Below, one piece after another: positions 20,642 through 32,728 of a stretch of DNA of 64,000 nucleotides (its first letter is position 1; every line of letters starts with the position of its first letter). This DNA comes from Tetramitus jugosus (lineage: Eukaryota; Protista; Heterolobosea), in NCBI GenBank assembly GCA_937625935.1, contig OW569359.1, forward strand, positions 186,001 through 250,000. The letters run 5' to 3'. Below the pieces are notes generated by a model, which saw nothing but the letters and a program-made list of their open reading frames with translations, did no database searches and was not told the DNA's origin. A program made the translations under genes and the position numbers.

Positions 20642-22847
20642 TTACAACATGAGGAACATTGGGTTTTCAATGTGAGTCTTGAATTCTTGCAACCATTGTG
20701 CACCGACTGCTCCGTCAACAACACGATGATCACAACTCAATGTGACCTTGACAGTTGTGACAACCTTGTACTTTTCAACTGGTTCGCCATCCTTTGGCTT
20801 GGCATCGTTTGGCACAACCTTTCTCTCTGCACCACCGACAGCCAAGATACAGGCTTGTGGTGGGTTGATGATAGCAGCAAACTCGGACACACCAAACATG
20901 CCCAAGTTGGAAATGGTAAATGTACCGCCTTGGAATTCGTGTGGTTGCAACTTGCCTGCTCTTGCGCGCTCAGCAAGACTCTTGACAGAGTTGGATATTT
21001 CAGCAAGACCCTTTTGTTCAGAGTTGAAAACGATTGGTGTGATCAAACCATTGTCGGTTTGAACAGCAACAGACACATCAACATTCTTATATTGTCTGAT
21101 GTGGGTGTCTCTCCATGAGCTGTTCACTTCTGGAACCTTCTTCATGGCCAAGGAAGCAGCCTTCACAATGAAATCGTTGACAGACAATTTGAATCCTCTC
21201 TTCTCACCAGCCTTGTTCAAGTCAGCACGTGCCTTCATCAAAGCATCCAACTCACACTCAACAGTCAAGTAGTAGTGAGGGATAGTTCTCTTACTCTCCA
21301 ACAATCTGTCAGCAATAATCTTTCTAACGTTGGAAACTGGAACATCAGTATATTCAGCAGTTTCAGCGGCAGAGACAGCCTTGGTTGGTTGAGCAGCAGC
21401 TGGTCTTTCAGCAACAGGTGCAGCGACAGCTTGCTTAGATCTTCCGCTGGAAATGAACTCTTCAACGTCAGCCTTCACAATACGGTTGTTTTCACCGGAT
21501 CCAGATCCGATTTGAGCCAAGTCAACACCTTGTTCGCTAGCAATCTTCTTTGCCAATGGACTGGCAAAAACTCTTCCAGTGGTGCTAGTAGCAGGCTTGG
21601 AGACAGCGGATGGTTGTGGAGCAGAGGTAGTAGTAGTGGATGGTGCGGATTCTTGGGCCTTTGGAGTAGTCTTAACAGCAACACCTCCAGTCTTGTATTG
21701 GCCAACACGAGAGAGATCTTCCTTGTTCTCAGCCAACAGAGCAATCACTTCACCCAAATCGACATCATTGGATCCCTCAGGCTTCAAGATTTGTGCCAAA
21801 TAACCAGTATCTTGGAATTCAAATTCAATGGTTGCCTTATCGGTTTCAACAGAGCACAAAACATCACCAGGCTCAATCTTATCACCAGGCTTGACACTCC
21901 ACTTCAAAATGTTACCCTTGGTCATTGTTGGTGAAAGAGCAGGCATCTTAATTTCGGAGATGCCCTCTGGAATGAAACCTTCGGATGATGAAGCAGCTGG
22001 AGAGGCTGATTCGCTAGTGGTGGTAGTAGTGGTAGTAGCAGCAGGAGTAGAGACAGAAGCACCAGAGACGAGTGATTCAACAGTCACATTTGCTGCCTTT
22101 GCAACATCTTCCTTATTCTCAGCAACAATAGCAATAGTTGCACCAACCAAAACATCCTTGGAGTTGTCTGGCATCAAAATCTTGGCGACATATCCCTCTT
22201 CTTGATACTCAAATTCCAACTTTGCCTTATCGGTCTCAATCTCACACAAGACATCACCAGGTCCAATCTTATCACCTTCCTTTACTCTCCAAGTGACGAT
22301 AGTTCCCTTGTCCATGGTTGGAGACAATGCTGGCATTTTCATCTCAGAAACTATTGTTGTTGTTGATCATTTATTGTTATGGATGGATGATCATTAATCA
22401 TTCATTGATAAAATGTTTGTAGAGATCAACACGAAAACAAATCAAAAGGTGAGTCTCAGTCATCATGACGACAACATGTGAAAAAAACAACAGTGACACA
22501 ATTTGGAAAGATCGACGTCATTTGCAACCGATCACCCAAATGAGACAACAACAACAATGAAAAAAAAACAAGAGAGAGGTGAGATACGAACGTCCACTTG
22601 GCAAAGCAGTGCTATAGCTTCTGACAATCATGTTGACATTGTGAGAGATCAATTGCTTTGAGTGAGAAAAATGAGAGTTGATCTTGTGTTGTTGATGAAC
22701 AACAGGTATGACAACACCATAAGCCTTCTTTTGTGGTTGATTGTGGACAAGAGTGGATGCAGTGCAAGAGGTGGTTGATTTGTTGCTACGGATCAACTTT
22801 TGCACGGATTGTTTGGCTCTTGGGTGACTGATGACTCTTCTCAACAT
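20642..22847 (-). CDS. DLAT: Pyruvate dehydrogenase E2 (dihydrolipoamide acetyltransferase), two lipoyl domains, mitochondrial (2 exons)
   Basis: Exons 22847-22592 and 22350-20642; phase-1 intron 22351-22591 (GTTCGT...ATAG). Two MPALSPTM...ETDKA lipoyl domains, ASPLAKK E3-binding domain, catalytic DHRVVDG; Arg/Ser-rich presequence. Confidence 0.96.
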
Positions 22848-23124
22848 GGTTATTTGACGACAGTTGCTTTTTTTTTCGTGTGGTGCTGTGGATGATGCTA
22901 AATATTTCACAACCAGAGGATTTTTTGTCGTTGTGGCGTGTGAATGGGTGTGGAAACGTGGTGACGCGGAATTAGCGGAATAACATTGGTTGGATACCGA
23001 ACGCGCATTTCTTCTGTTCTGAAATTCCCTTCTCGATACAACCTGAATACAACTCAGAATGAAGAACTAAATTGTATTCTCGACAAGGCTCTCGATGAGA
23101 TTAAGAAGGGAAGCATCATTCCCG

Positions 23125-26100
23125 CTATGAGTTTGAGTAAAACATGGAGGACTTCGAAACCAGTTCTGGTATTAACATTGGTTTCCTGGTTGCTTTTCTA
23201 AGCAAGTTCGAAGATTCTTGTGACTTTGGTTCACTAATCATAGGAAAAAGTTTCTTTGGTTCTAGATTAAATTTTGAGGCCTTAGTTTTAGGAATCCAAG
23301 AGGTACGAGAGGTGGAATGTTCTGAAATCTTCTCCTCCTTTAATACTAGAATATTCATCTGATCCTTCTTTGAGAGTTTGTATTCAAAGATGTCAGAAGA
23401 GGATTTCTGGCGAAGATTATACGAGTTGGTTGTCTTCATAAATCTCTTGATGACTTCATCAAGAGTTTCAACATCACCATCCTTTGTCCATGGGTCCTCG
23501 ATGACTTGATCAAAAGCTAATCCTGCCCGAAATGTAGAGGGACTACTCTTCACTGTTCTCAAACTATCTCGGGTTGTGCTACTCGAACCATTCTTCTCCC
23601 ACCACATGTTAATTGAGGATGTGTCAGATCTAGCTGTATTCGGTAATGAATTGCCCTTGAAGTGACTATGAAAAAAATCATGTGCGGACCATGTACTTTC
23701 ATTCACTGGTGCAGTAAAATGATCAGAACTACTGGTATTAAGTTGAGATAGAGAAGGGACTTGTATTCTCCTGAGTCTTTCTCCTTCTTCGAACAGCCTT
23801 TCGAAATTTGACCTCTTTGAATCTTCAAGAATCATATGATTTTCTATCTCTTCAATGAATTCTTCGTCACTCCTTGAAGTACCATTAGATGAGTATTCTA
23901 AAGAGTTGAAAGCATCTTCTGATAGATGGTTCGATTGAGACAGTGGTTTGTCAATGTTGGGCACTTTCCCAGGATCAGGTGCTGTTACAGATCCTCTGAT
24001 TAAGTCTTCAGCAAATTGAAGCAACTTACTCCATGTGTGTTGAGAAAGACCGTGTCTAGTGTCCACTTCTTTGTTCTCCCTCTTCATAAACTTCTGACCA
24101 AGAAATTCCTCTTTCTCTTTCATCAGTTCTATATGAGTCAAACTATTCTTTCGAACAAATCTCCTTACACCACATGGACCTCCGCCTTGGCCTTTGGAAA
24201 GTACTTCGGTTGCACTGTTGCAGTTTTCCTCTTTGCCAATATTCATACTCATGAAAATTCTCAAGAGGTCTTGCGGATTGATACCATTTCGTTTTCTGAA
24301 CAAACCCTTTGGAGTACCAGTAATACTATGATTCAGTATTCCAAGAATAGGGTTTTCTCTCTTGCCAACATCATATCCTCCCTTGATGTCAGAGATTAGG
24401 CGATTTAAAATGGTTCGTTCGAGAACGAACTTATCACTCTGCATCAGCAAACTCAGAAATGACTGCCTGATATTATTGTCACTTCTAAAGTTATCGATTA
24501 TTCGTACTACCTTGGCATCAAGCTCTGGATTTTGAGCGATGGTGTTCTTGGCTATTACTTTCTGAGACGTTGGAGTCTCTGAGTGACCTACACCATGTGG
24601 TTCTTCTGAAGATTCCTGTATGCTATCGTCCCCAACCATTTGAACTACACTATCAATTGGTAACTCACCTACTGAATACACCTTTTCAATCGGTGGGGGA
24701 ATTTGAAAAAGGACTTCTATGACAGGATCAAGAAGTTTTTCATCTTTGATCACTTCTTTTGTAGACGGTTTGTGTTTAGTTTTTCCCTTTCGAGTGGGGC
24801 TCCTTGGTGACTTATTAGCAGATATGGATTTGAAAGGAGCATTTCTCGGTGATGTCTGAAGGACCTTCTTGGGAGCAATGGGCTTATCAGGCTTCAAATG
24901 ATTTCTCTTCTTCCTCTTCTTCTTCCTCTCTGGAGCTGATAGAAATGGATGCGTAAATTCTTTAAGCATTTTCTTCTTGTTAGTCAACCTGTCAACATAT
25001 TGTTGGTTGATGTGTTTCCTGATTATCTTTGGCAAGGTGTCATCCAAAAACACCTTCTGGAACAGAATATCCAGAAACAGAATATATTCTTTCTTCTCTG
25101 TAGATTCACACCATATATCAGCTACTTCAAATACTGCATCATAGAAGAGAGAATAATTCATGTTGTGATATCCCCTGGAGTCAACTCTCCAATCTTTCTC
25201 CGCGTTCCGTCTGGCGTCCTCCAGAGTCTTTCCGGCATTGTCTGGCATGAGTGCAGTGTAAATTGCCATGGTCAAACTCATGTATGTCATCTTACTAACC
25301 AATGATTCATCACCTTTCATTTTGATTGTTGCTTCCCACCAGTGTCGAATGATTGTACTGACAGTAGGATCCTCCCGTATCTCATTCCTTTTTCGAATAT
25401 TCTCGTCGCTGTACATGTCAATATTACCTTGGTCATGGTAGTGCACAGTTATCGATTGCTTCTCGGTTGTCAATAATTGAGTTTTAATGTTCCGCTTGGC
25501 ACACAGTTTCACAATTGCTTCTCGCACTTGGGAGTATCTTTCCTTCATTCGATTTTCGTCTGATTTCGTCCACATCCCTGCTTTTACTGCCAATCTAATT
25601 TTCGTTAGATTACCATCTTCTTCCATGTTTTGTTCATTATCATTATTGTTACTACTCCCCTCTCTATCCTTCAAGGTTCTCTTCTTCCTTCTGGAATTCG
25701 AACTCGCTACTTTTTCACTCGATGCACATTTTGATGCGTCAGGGTTTACAGTATTCTCTGGCGTTTGTGTCTCTTCTCTATCTTCCCACGTTTTAAACGG
25801 CGAGTCACTTCGAGACACCAATCCCATCATATTTGATTCTGCAGATCCAGATCGATGTTGATTCAGTACTTTAGAGCTTATCTCTATTGAATGTAAAGAA
25901 TGTTCATCAGTAAACTTCGGGACTTCTGATGTGGCGTCTTTGTGTGTTTGTTGCTGTTCATCGAGCAGCGTAAGAAAAGTGTCTTCTCTCTCGAGATCAT
26001 CCTCCCCATTTGTCAAAGTCGAAGACAGCGGTTTGTTGACAAGTGAGAATTCAAGAGAATTCTCAATCTCCTCCAGCCTCTTTGTGTTGTTCGAGTGCCT

Positions 26101-26220
26101 CGTATCACTGATGATATAGGTCCAAAGATAAGGTCGCTCATCCAAGTTCTCTCCATCGGATAGCCCCTGAACTATCGGCCCAGCCAATGGTGAATCCAGT
26201 TGGAATTCATTCTGTTGCAT
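23125..26220 (-). CDS. Large hypothetical protein with a central degenerate EF-hand-like helical domain
   Basis: Uninterrupted ORF of about 1030 aa; first ATG at 26220. Ordered segment WWEATIK...AEKDWRVD...FYDAVFEVADIWCES...EYILFL flanked by disordered sequence. Confidence 0.7.
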   Translation of the reverse strand: MQQNEFQLDSPLAGPIVQGLSDGENLDERPYLWTYIISDTRHSNNTKRLEEIENSLEFSLVNKPLSSTLTNGEDDLEREDTFLTLLDEQQQTHKDATSEVPKFTDEHSLHSIEISSKVLNQHRSGSAESNMMGLVSRSDSPFKTWEDREETQTPENTVNPDASKCASSEKVASSNSRRKKRTLKDREGSSNNNDNEQNMEEDGNLTKIRLAVKAGMWTKSDENRMKERYSQVREAIVKLCAKRNIKTQLLTTEKQSITVHYHDQGNIDMYSDENIRKRNEIREDPTVSTIIRHWWEATIKMKGDESLVSKMTYMSLTMAIYTALMPDNAGKTLEDARRNAEKDWRVDSRGYHNMNYSLFYDAVFEVADIWCESTEKKEYILFLDILFQKVFLDDTLPKIIRKHINQQYVDRLTNKKKMLKEFTHPFLSAPERKKKRKKRNHLKPDKPIAPKKVLQTSPRNAPFKSISANKSPRSPTRKGKTKHKPSTKEVIKDEKLLDPVIEVLFQIPPPIEKVYSVGELPIDSVVQMVGDDSIQESSEEPHGVGHSETPTSQKVIAKNTIAQNPELDAKVVRIIDNFRSDNNIRQSFLSLLMQSDKFVLERTILNRLISDIKGGYDVGKRENPILGILNHSITGTPKGLFRKRNGINPQDLLRIFMSMNIGKEENCNSATEVLSKGQGGGPCGVRRFVRKNSLTHIELMKEKEEFLGQKFMKRENKEVDTRHGLSQHTWSKLLQFAEDLIRGSVTAPDPGKVPNIDKPLSQSNHLSEDAFNSLEYSSNGTSRSDEEFIEEIENHMILEDSKRSNFERLFEEGERLRRIQVPSLSQLNTSSSDHFTAPVNESTWSAHDFFHSHFKGNSLPNTARSDTSSINMWWEKNGSSSTTRDSLRTVKSSPSTFRAGLAFDQVIEDPWTKDGDVETLDEVIKRFMKTTNSYNLRQKSSSDIFEYKLSKKDQMNILVLKEEKISEHSTSRTSWIPKTKASKFNLEPKKLFPMISEPKSQESSNLLRKATRKPMLIPELVSKSSMFYSNS

Positions 26221-26335
26221 CTGATCCTCGCCTCCAATAACTTTTTTATCCCGAACCGCCGTAGCTGACAAAAAGTGGCCGACATTTCGGAGAAGAGAGG
26301 CAAGTTTATTACACTATTGTTTCTGGCGACACTTG

Positions 26336-27778
26336 TTACTCCTTCAGCTGATATTTGCTTGGTCTGGGATTTTCAGCTCTCTCTCTCTTGACCAATCCAG
26401 CGAGGGCAGTCAACTCGTGTAGTTGCCAAGAAGAGTTGATCGAAACGTCAGCTACACCGGTTCTACGAATCGCCAAAGCATGACCACCAATGAAGCCAAA
26501 TGCCTTGGCCACATCATTAGCCAACACACGAACATATGTTCCCGATGAACAAGACACAATCATTCTCACATCTCTTGGATCGTCCTCTGGTTTCCTGTCC
26601 ACAATCTCAAACGATCGAATTGTAATCGTTCTTGATGGTAGGGAGAGCTGAGACAATGCAAAATCTCTTCTCTTTCCTTCCTTCAAGTGAGCCACCTTGT
26701 ACAATCTCTTTCCATCTACCTTAATGGCCGAGTAGAGTGGTATTTGCTGTGACACTTCACCCACAAATCTCTCATTGACCAATTGTTTGAGTGCAGTGTG
26801 AGATGGATCACTGAGCAATAGTTTTTGAATCTTTTCTTGAATCTTGACATCCACAGCATTCACAGCAGTGGCTCCGTCCATGCTCTCTGTCAATTCTCCG
26901 AACCTTGTGATAAACTCGTAGGATTTTCCAGCGGCTTGCATCTGAGTAAGACTCTTTGTCGCATCGTTGCAACCAATGAGAATGAGTCCAGTGGCCAATG
27001 GATCCAACGTACCGCAATGTCCCACTTTTTTCACATTAAACACCTTTTTCATGATATGAATCAAATCATAGGAAGAATAGTCGGACGGTTTATCCACTGG
27101 AATCAAAATGTTATCGAGTGGCCATTGAGAGATGGGCAGGTGCTGAAACACGTCCTTGGAAGCAATCAGAGGAGGTCGAACAACCTTTTTTGTTGGTGTT
27201 CTGTTCGATTGATATTGAATGCCATAGGAACCAGATCTTCTATTATTGTTATTATTGTTATTGTTATAATTTTGATAATGACTATTGTTGTTGTTGTGAT
27301 TGTAGTTGTTATTGCTTCTATCTCCTTGACTTCTGTTATAACTACTACTACTACCACTACTACTATTACTATTATAGTTGGTACTATTGTTAAAATTTGA
27401 CATGTTATTGAGAGTGTAGGGATGACTTGCACTAAAGTTTTTGCTGCTCTGTTGATTATTGTAGCGACTGTTGCTATGGTTGCTATAGTTGCTATAGTTG
27501 TTATTATTATTGACTGTTGACTTGGTGTTTTGATGTGTGCTAGATTCATCAAATGGTCCGGTATAGTCAACTTCATTCATTGCTTGTCTGGTTTTTCTCA
27601 TGACACCCGTGTATCGACCACCATTGTGATTGTTGTCGGAACCATTGTTGTTGTCATTATTGTGGCCATATGAATAGGAACGGAGTGCTGGTTGATTGAC
27701 GCACAAGTAGTTGTGGTGTACTTTCAAAGTCAGGTTATTGTGTGCTGCTCGCAGCTTCAACGATTGCAGAATCATCAT
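26336..27778 (-). CDS. truB: TruB-family tRNA pseudouridine(55) synthase, probably mitochondrial
   Basis: VDKP motif I, KVGHCGTLDPLATG catalytic motif II, PLYSAIKVDGKRLY, CSSGTYVRVLA; presequence plus Asn-rich linker. Confidence 0.92.
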   Translation of the reverse strand: MMILQSLKLRAAHNNLTLKVHHNYLCVNQPALRSYSYGHNNDNNNGSDNNHNGGRYTGVMRKTRQAMNEVDYTGPFDESSTHQNTKSTVNNNNNYSNYSNHSNSRYNNQQSSKNFSASHPYTLNNMSNFNNSTNYNSNSSSGSSSSYNRSQGDRSNNNYNHNNNNSHYQNYNNNNNNNNRRSGSYGIQYQSNRTPTKKVVRPPLIASKDVFQHLPISQWPLDNILIPVDKPSDYSSYDLIHIMKKVFNVKKVGHCGTLDPLATGLILIGCNDATKSLTQMQAAGKSYEFITRFGELTESMDGATAVNAVDVKIQEKIQKLLLSDPSHTALKQLVNERFVGEVSQQIPLYSAIKVDGKRLYKVAHLKEGKRRDFALSQLSLPSRTITIRSFEIVDRKPEDDPRDVRMIVSCSSGTYVRVLANDVAKAFGFIGGHALAIRRTGVADVSINSSWQLHELTALAGLVKRERAENPRPSKYQLKE

Positions 27779-27960
27779 CCTTCTCTTCCTTTTTTGATTG
27801 TTTGTGTGAAAAATCAAATGCTTGAAGTTGAATCTTCAAGAAGAATAAAAAAATAGCCGAACCTCCGCCAAACAAAATTCCAGAAGTTGCTTGCACATAG
27901 GAAAAAGAAGAACAAGATCGATTGAAGTTACTGTGAACCAAACAAAACAGCAACAATAGA

Positions 27961-28407
27961 ATGGAGCAACCAGTTGCATTTATTACAATTGTCAATTCCT
28001 TGTTTGATCAAATTATGAAACATGGTGAATTAACAGATGAGATTCTGCGAGAACTCAATGTGCTCTTTCCGACTGTTCTTGTTGGAGCTTTGGAAATATT
28101 GGACAAGAATAATGTGATCATGTTGAAAGCGATGCCGTCTGGGCGTACTCTTTTTGTTGTCAAGTCCTCTGGGCGGAGTTTTAATAAGAAGCGCCAAAAT
28201 ATGCCATCTACGACGGGGAGTGTATCTGATTCATACAAATGCTTGAGCTTAAAGTTCTGTACTTGTCAAAGCTTCATTTTTCAGATTGTGAACAAGAGAG
28301 AGTCCATTTATTGCAAACATCTCTTGGCCGTACGAATTGCTCAAGCTTTAGGCAGCTATACTGAGCAGACAATCACAGATATGGAATTTGCAAGTCATGC
28401 TGTTTAG
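27961..28407 (+). CDS. ZSWIM7: SWIM zinc finger protein ZSWIM7/SWS1 (Shu complex)
   Basis: 148 aa. LNVLFP..LVGALEILD and SGRTLFVV, plus SWIM motif FCTCQSF...CKHLLA. Confidence 0.85.
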   Translation: MEQPVAFITIVNSLFDQIMKHGELTDEILRELNVLFPTVLVGALEILDKNNVIMLKAMPSGRTLFVVKSSGRSFNKKRQNMPSTTGSVSDSYKCLSLKFCTCQSFIFQIVNKRESIYCKHLLAVRIAQALGSYTEQTITDMEFASHAV

Positions 28408-28528
28408 AAGTAGCATGCATATCACTTACACGTGAACTATTATTCTCTCCTTTGTCAAGCAGGATTAAAATTCCGGTTCCGAAACTGGTGATCCAAAATA
28501 TATGGCGCCATTTTCCTGATGTACGGAA

Positions 28529-29842
28529 ATGCATGGTAATCGCGCACCAACAACTATGACAAAGTGTGAACATGTTGAAAATGCTAATCATCAAGTCAAT
28601 TGTACTATTGCGAATGTAAATAACAATACTGAAGAGGATACGTCTAATACTACTCCTCAACAGCCTCCAACAACAATAAATCCCACCATCTCCATGATTT
28701 GTCAGCCATCTTCAGCAATAACAACAAATGCGAATGCTTCCACTGAGAACTCATCCGCGCGAGATAAGTTCTTGACACCCAAGACAAATCGGTTTCGGAG
28801 CAGCTACAGTCCTTCCCCATCGACTCCTCAAGATGGAAGAAGCCGAGAAACACCAATTTCTCCCATGACCGACTTGTACATGAACTGGACAAGATCTTTA
28901 ATAAGAAAGCGGAACAACAGAGAAGACTTAATTGAAAGGTATGAAAGCTCTCCTATGGGAAGTGCTCCAAAAACACCTGGAATGCATGAGCGAGCACCTG
29001 TTCGAGGATCGACACAACTCTTCTCTCAAACACCGTCTTTGTCTGGTACGAAGAGTAGAGACTTGAATCATTTTGCGACTGACATACTAGATCGGATGCA
29101 CTTGGGAAACAACAAACCCAGCTCAAATGACAATAATGAATTGGAAGAGTTTCATCTGCATAACTTGAACCGCATTCAGAATCGAAGCACTGCTGCTGCA
29201 TTATTCTATGATCTCATTAGGAGGGAGAAGGACAACACGAACGTTGGTGAACAACCTACATTTCATAACATGGAGGAGGAACCACAACTTCATTCTGTTA
29301 AACAATCTAATTTTGAACTAGAGAAACAATTAAGTAAACTCTCGATGAGTTTGCTCCAAACAGAAAAGGAGTTGAGCATTTGTAAAGAGGAATTCAACAC
29401 CTATCGTAACGAGGTAACACTGAAGAAAACTGTCGAAAGCGATCAGAGTGCATCGAAATCTCATCCATCGATCGTAAATGAAAAAGAGGAGAGTTTCCAA
29501 TTGGGAGATATCAACGAGAGTAAGAAATTGAATGAATCGAGCATAGTGGAAGGGGTTCCGAAGCTGTTTGAAGTGCTTCACCTCACGCAGAATATGCTCG
29601 GAGAGATTCGAGAATTAGAAAGAAAGTATCAAACACTTGTCCCTCACACTCCTTCGAAGGTTGAGAAAGTGTCCAATTCGGAACATCTCTTGAGATCTCC
29701 AGATCTTCCAAACTCCTTTAGGATGGATTTCAGAGACAATGTGTCGGAAGCCAGTGGTAGTGGAAGCGTGTCAGATCTATTCCTGTGTTTCCTGTTTGCA
29801 GGTGCTGTGTTGCTGGTGACCCTTCTGATTCAAAGGCTCTGA
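28529..29842 (+). CDS. Hypothetical coiled-coil protein with a single C-terminal transmembrane anchor
   Basis: 437-aa ORF: SP/TP-rich N-half, heptad segments, terminal LFLCFLFAGAVLLVTLLIQRL. Confidence 0.7.
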   Translation: MHGNRAPTTMTKCEHVENANHQVNCTIANVNNNTEEDTSNTTPQQPPTTINPTISMICQPSSAITTNANASTENSSARDKFLTPKTNRFRSSYSPSPSTPQDGRSRETPISPMTDLYMNWTRSLIRKRNNREDLIERYESSPMGSAPKTPGMHERAPVRGSTQLFSQTPSLSGTKSRDLNHFATDILDRMHLGNNKPSSNDNNELEEFHLHNLNRIQNRSTAAALFYDLIRREKDNTNVGEQPTFHNMEEEPQLHSVKQSNFELEKQLSKLSMSLLQTEKELSICKEEFNTYRNEVTLKKTVESDQSASKSHPSIVNEKEESFQLGDINESKKLNESSIVEGVPKLFEVLHLTQNMLGEIRELERKYQTLVPHTPSKVEKVSNSEHLLRSPDLPNSFRMDFRDNVSEASGSGSVSDLFLCFLFAGAVLLVTLLIQRL

Positions 29843-30134
29843 GGTTTTGTCACTATTCATCAATAAAGGAGAATATGCGACACCGGGACGAAACAAAGTT
29901 ACAGCGTTTATTGTCTGTGCTTAGGTCACAATTAACGGGGTCATCATATATAAATTATTCGGTTTCATTATTGTGGTAATCGTGTGTATTGTTGTTGATA
30001 TCCATCACTTCATAGAATCAAATCAATTATTATCTTACTACTATTCTAAGAATGCATGAAAATAGAGCGAGAAGCCATATAAAAACTCCTTAGGTCTCAT
30101 TCTACAGTACACTTTGATCATTTTGATAATGAAA

Positions 30135-31418
30135 CTATTGACTATTCGATGAAGTAGCTTTTTGCACTTGCTTATGTGCATGCTCGTTCAAAAATACAAT
30201 AAACTTGAACAAATGCTTCAAATATCGCTCAACACTCAAAATTTCCATAATGTTATTATGACCAGCATAATCAATAAATAGTGGAGGATAAGGTGTTTGA
30301 ATCTTTTTGGAGAGGGTCTGCATCATCAAAAGAAAAGAGGATATCATTGTTGTGTGAGCTCACATGTTAAAAACAACAAAAATTACAGTCGCGACAAGAA
30401 ACATACTTCTGCGTGATCGAAAGGCACTACTTCATCTTGTCTTCCATGAATAATGAACACTGGACATTTGACCTTGTCAATTCGATCAATGTTTTCAAAC
30501 ATGTCGAAAAATGTCCGTTTCATTGGCACCTTTATCTTCACTACACTTGTGAAGGGACTCTGGAGAACGACGCCTCTGAATTGAGCGTCTTCCTTGGAGG
30601 CAATCCACACAGAGGGACCTGTTCCTAAGCTCGTTCCAAATACAATAATCTTATTTTGTGGTATTCCTCTCTTTGTGACTAGGAAATCAACCGCAGCTTG
30701 AATGGAATTGTAAATGCCTTGTTCTGTACTCTTGACCTTTGGCTTACTAATACCATAACCTTGATACTCATATGAACATACATTAATCTAAAAAGACAAA
30801 GAGAGAAGCGCGCCCAAAAAATTGTAATCGTGTGAGTTCTGATTTCCGACACGTGCGCTCAACGGCAACACAAAAAGCTTACGAAGAATCTTTTTCGACA
30901 CATACCTTTAAGCTTGATCGGAGCAACTCCAAATAGGGCATCATCTGACCCATGTCAGTTGCATTTCCGTGACTATACAATAAACATAGATCACTACCCT
31001 TGTATTCCAAGTAAACACATGGAATTTGAATAATGTGATCAGGAGTTGTTGTTGTCGCAACAGCAGCAGTAGTAGTAGCAGTAGTAGTAGTAGTAGTTGA
31101 AGAAGAAGATGAAGAAGCAGCCACAGAAGAAGAACCATCACCATTGTTCGCTTGCTGAGCATTTTCTTCGTCAGATGAAGAAGAGCCATCAAATGGACCA
31201 CTCTTGCTATTGGGTGAGACAGGAGAACTCTCATCAAAAGATCCCTCTTCATTCAACCCATTTGTTATTGATTTTTTCGTTGATGTTGATCTATTGTTCT
31301 TGTTTTTCTTCTTTGTTTCAGTGTGTGACAGAGAATCGAGCCATATAATGTGTTTGTCGTCCTTGTAGGATGGAGGCTCGGGTGGTTGAAACAAAAGGCG
31401 CGAAATTAAGTTGCCCAT
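30135..31418 (-). CDS. ABHD17: ABHD17-like alpha/beta hydrolase (3 exons)
   Basis: Exons 31418-30906, 30787-30407 and 30317-30135; phase-0 introns 30788-30905 and 30318-30406 (both GTATGT...AG). LLYSHGNATDMG, YEYQGYG, FGTSLGTGP (GxSxG), IIHGRQDEVV, AGHNNI. Confidence 0.92.
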
Positions 31419-31945
31419 CTTGGTGGTTGTTTGGTTTGAAGAAAATAAAAGTACTGATTCTCTCAGTCAGATGCGTGGAGAAGCAGTAGGAAGGAGGAAA
31501 GCTTTGTGGAGATGTATGCCGTTTTTTGTAAAAACAATCCTTTTTATGTTTTTCGACTTTTGGTAGTGTGGTTTGTGTGCGAGAGGTGAAAAATGTCAGA
31601 AGAAATCCTTTACGTGTAGATGAGGACGAAAAATGAGATGTTTGTGTTTTTTCCCCCACCGAGTTCTGGTCGTCCTGCACTCAGGAGTCGCGGTTTGTCC
31701 TCCTCCATTTTGGACAAAACACCGAATGTCACGGAGAAATACACTGGTTGAGGGTTCGTGAAGAAACTGTAGCATTCAACTAAATGTGTGAAACAACAAT
31801 TTTCAGCAAGTCGGACTTTACTCTGAAAAAAAACAAGAAAAACAGGAACGCCATAAACTCTCTCGTTTTTCCAACAAAATTCCAACAACAACAGCATTCG
31901 CCATCAAAAATCAACAACCAATAACAACACCAAACATCCAACAGA

Positions 31946-32728
31946 ATGCCACAAGGAGATTATATTGAACTGCATCAGAAGCGTTTTGGTCATAGACCAG
32001 ATTTCTGGGAGACAAAGAGGAAGAAGGAAGCCCGTATCCACAAGAACAGAAGTAAGATGGCCCGAACACTGACTGGTCTGAAAGCTAAACTTTTCAATCA
32101 AAAGAGATACACTGAGAAGGCTCAAATGAAGAAGATGATTAAACAACATGAACAAAAGAGCACAAAGGAAAAGCCAGTCGACAATGCACCAAAGAATGCC
32201 GTTCCTGCTTATTTGATGGATCGTGAGAATATTTCTCGCGCCAAAATTCTAAGTAACACCGTAAAGCAAAAGAGAAAGGAAAAGGCAGGTAAATGGAATG
32301 TTCCTGTGCCTCAGACGAAAGCCCTCACTGAAGATGAAATGTTCAAAGTGATGAGATCAGGTAAGAGAAAAAAGAAGATGTGGAAGAGAATGATCAACAA
32401 GGTTTCATTTGTTGGTGACTCTTTTACTCGTAAGGCACCAAAGTATGAAAGATTTATTAGGCCTATGGCCCTGCGTTTCAAAAAGGCTCACGTTACGCAT
32501 CCAGAGCTAAAGGCAACCTTCCAATTGCCAATTATTGGAGTGAAGAAGAATCCACAGAGCAGAGTATTCACCACATTGGGTGTTATTACGAAGGGTACCA
32601 TCTTGGAAGTCAACGTGTCTGATTTAGGTCTAGTTACACCAACCGGTAAGGTTGTCTGGGGTAAGTACGCCCAAGTTACAAACAATCCAGAGAACGATGG
32701 CTGTATAAACGCCGTTCTCCTGGTGTAA
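31946..32728 (+). CDS. NSA2: Ribosome biogenesis protein NSA2
   Basis: 260 aa, [15 protein letters not shown]...[21 protein letters not shown]; highly conserved throughout. Confidence 0.98.
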   Translation: MPQGDYIELHQKRFGHRPDFWETKRKKEARIHKNRSKMARTLTGLKAKLFNQKRYTEKAQMKKMIKQHEQKSTKEKPVDNAPKNAVPAYLMDRENISRAKILSNTVKQKRKEKAGKWNVPVPQTKALTEDEMFKVMRSGKRKKKMWKRMINKVSFVGDSFTRKAPKYERFIRPMALRFKKAHVTHPELKATFQLPIIGVKKNPQSRVFTTLGVITKGTILEVNVSDLGLVTPTGKVVWGKYAQVTNNPENDGCINAVLLV

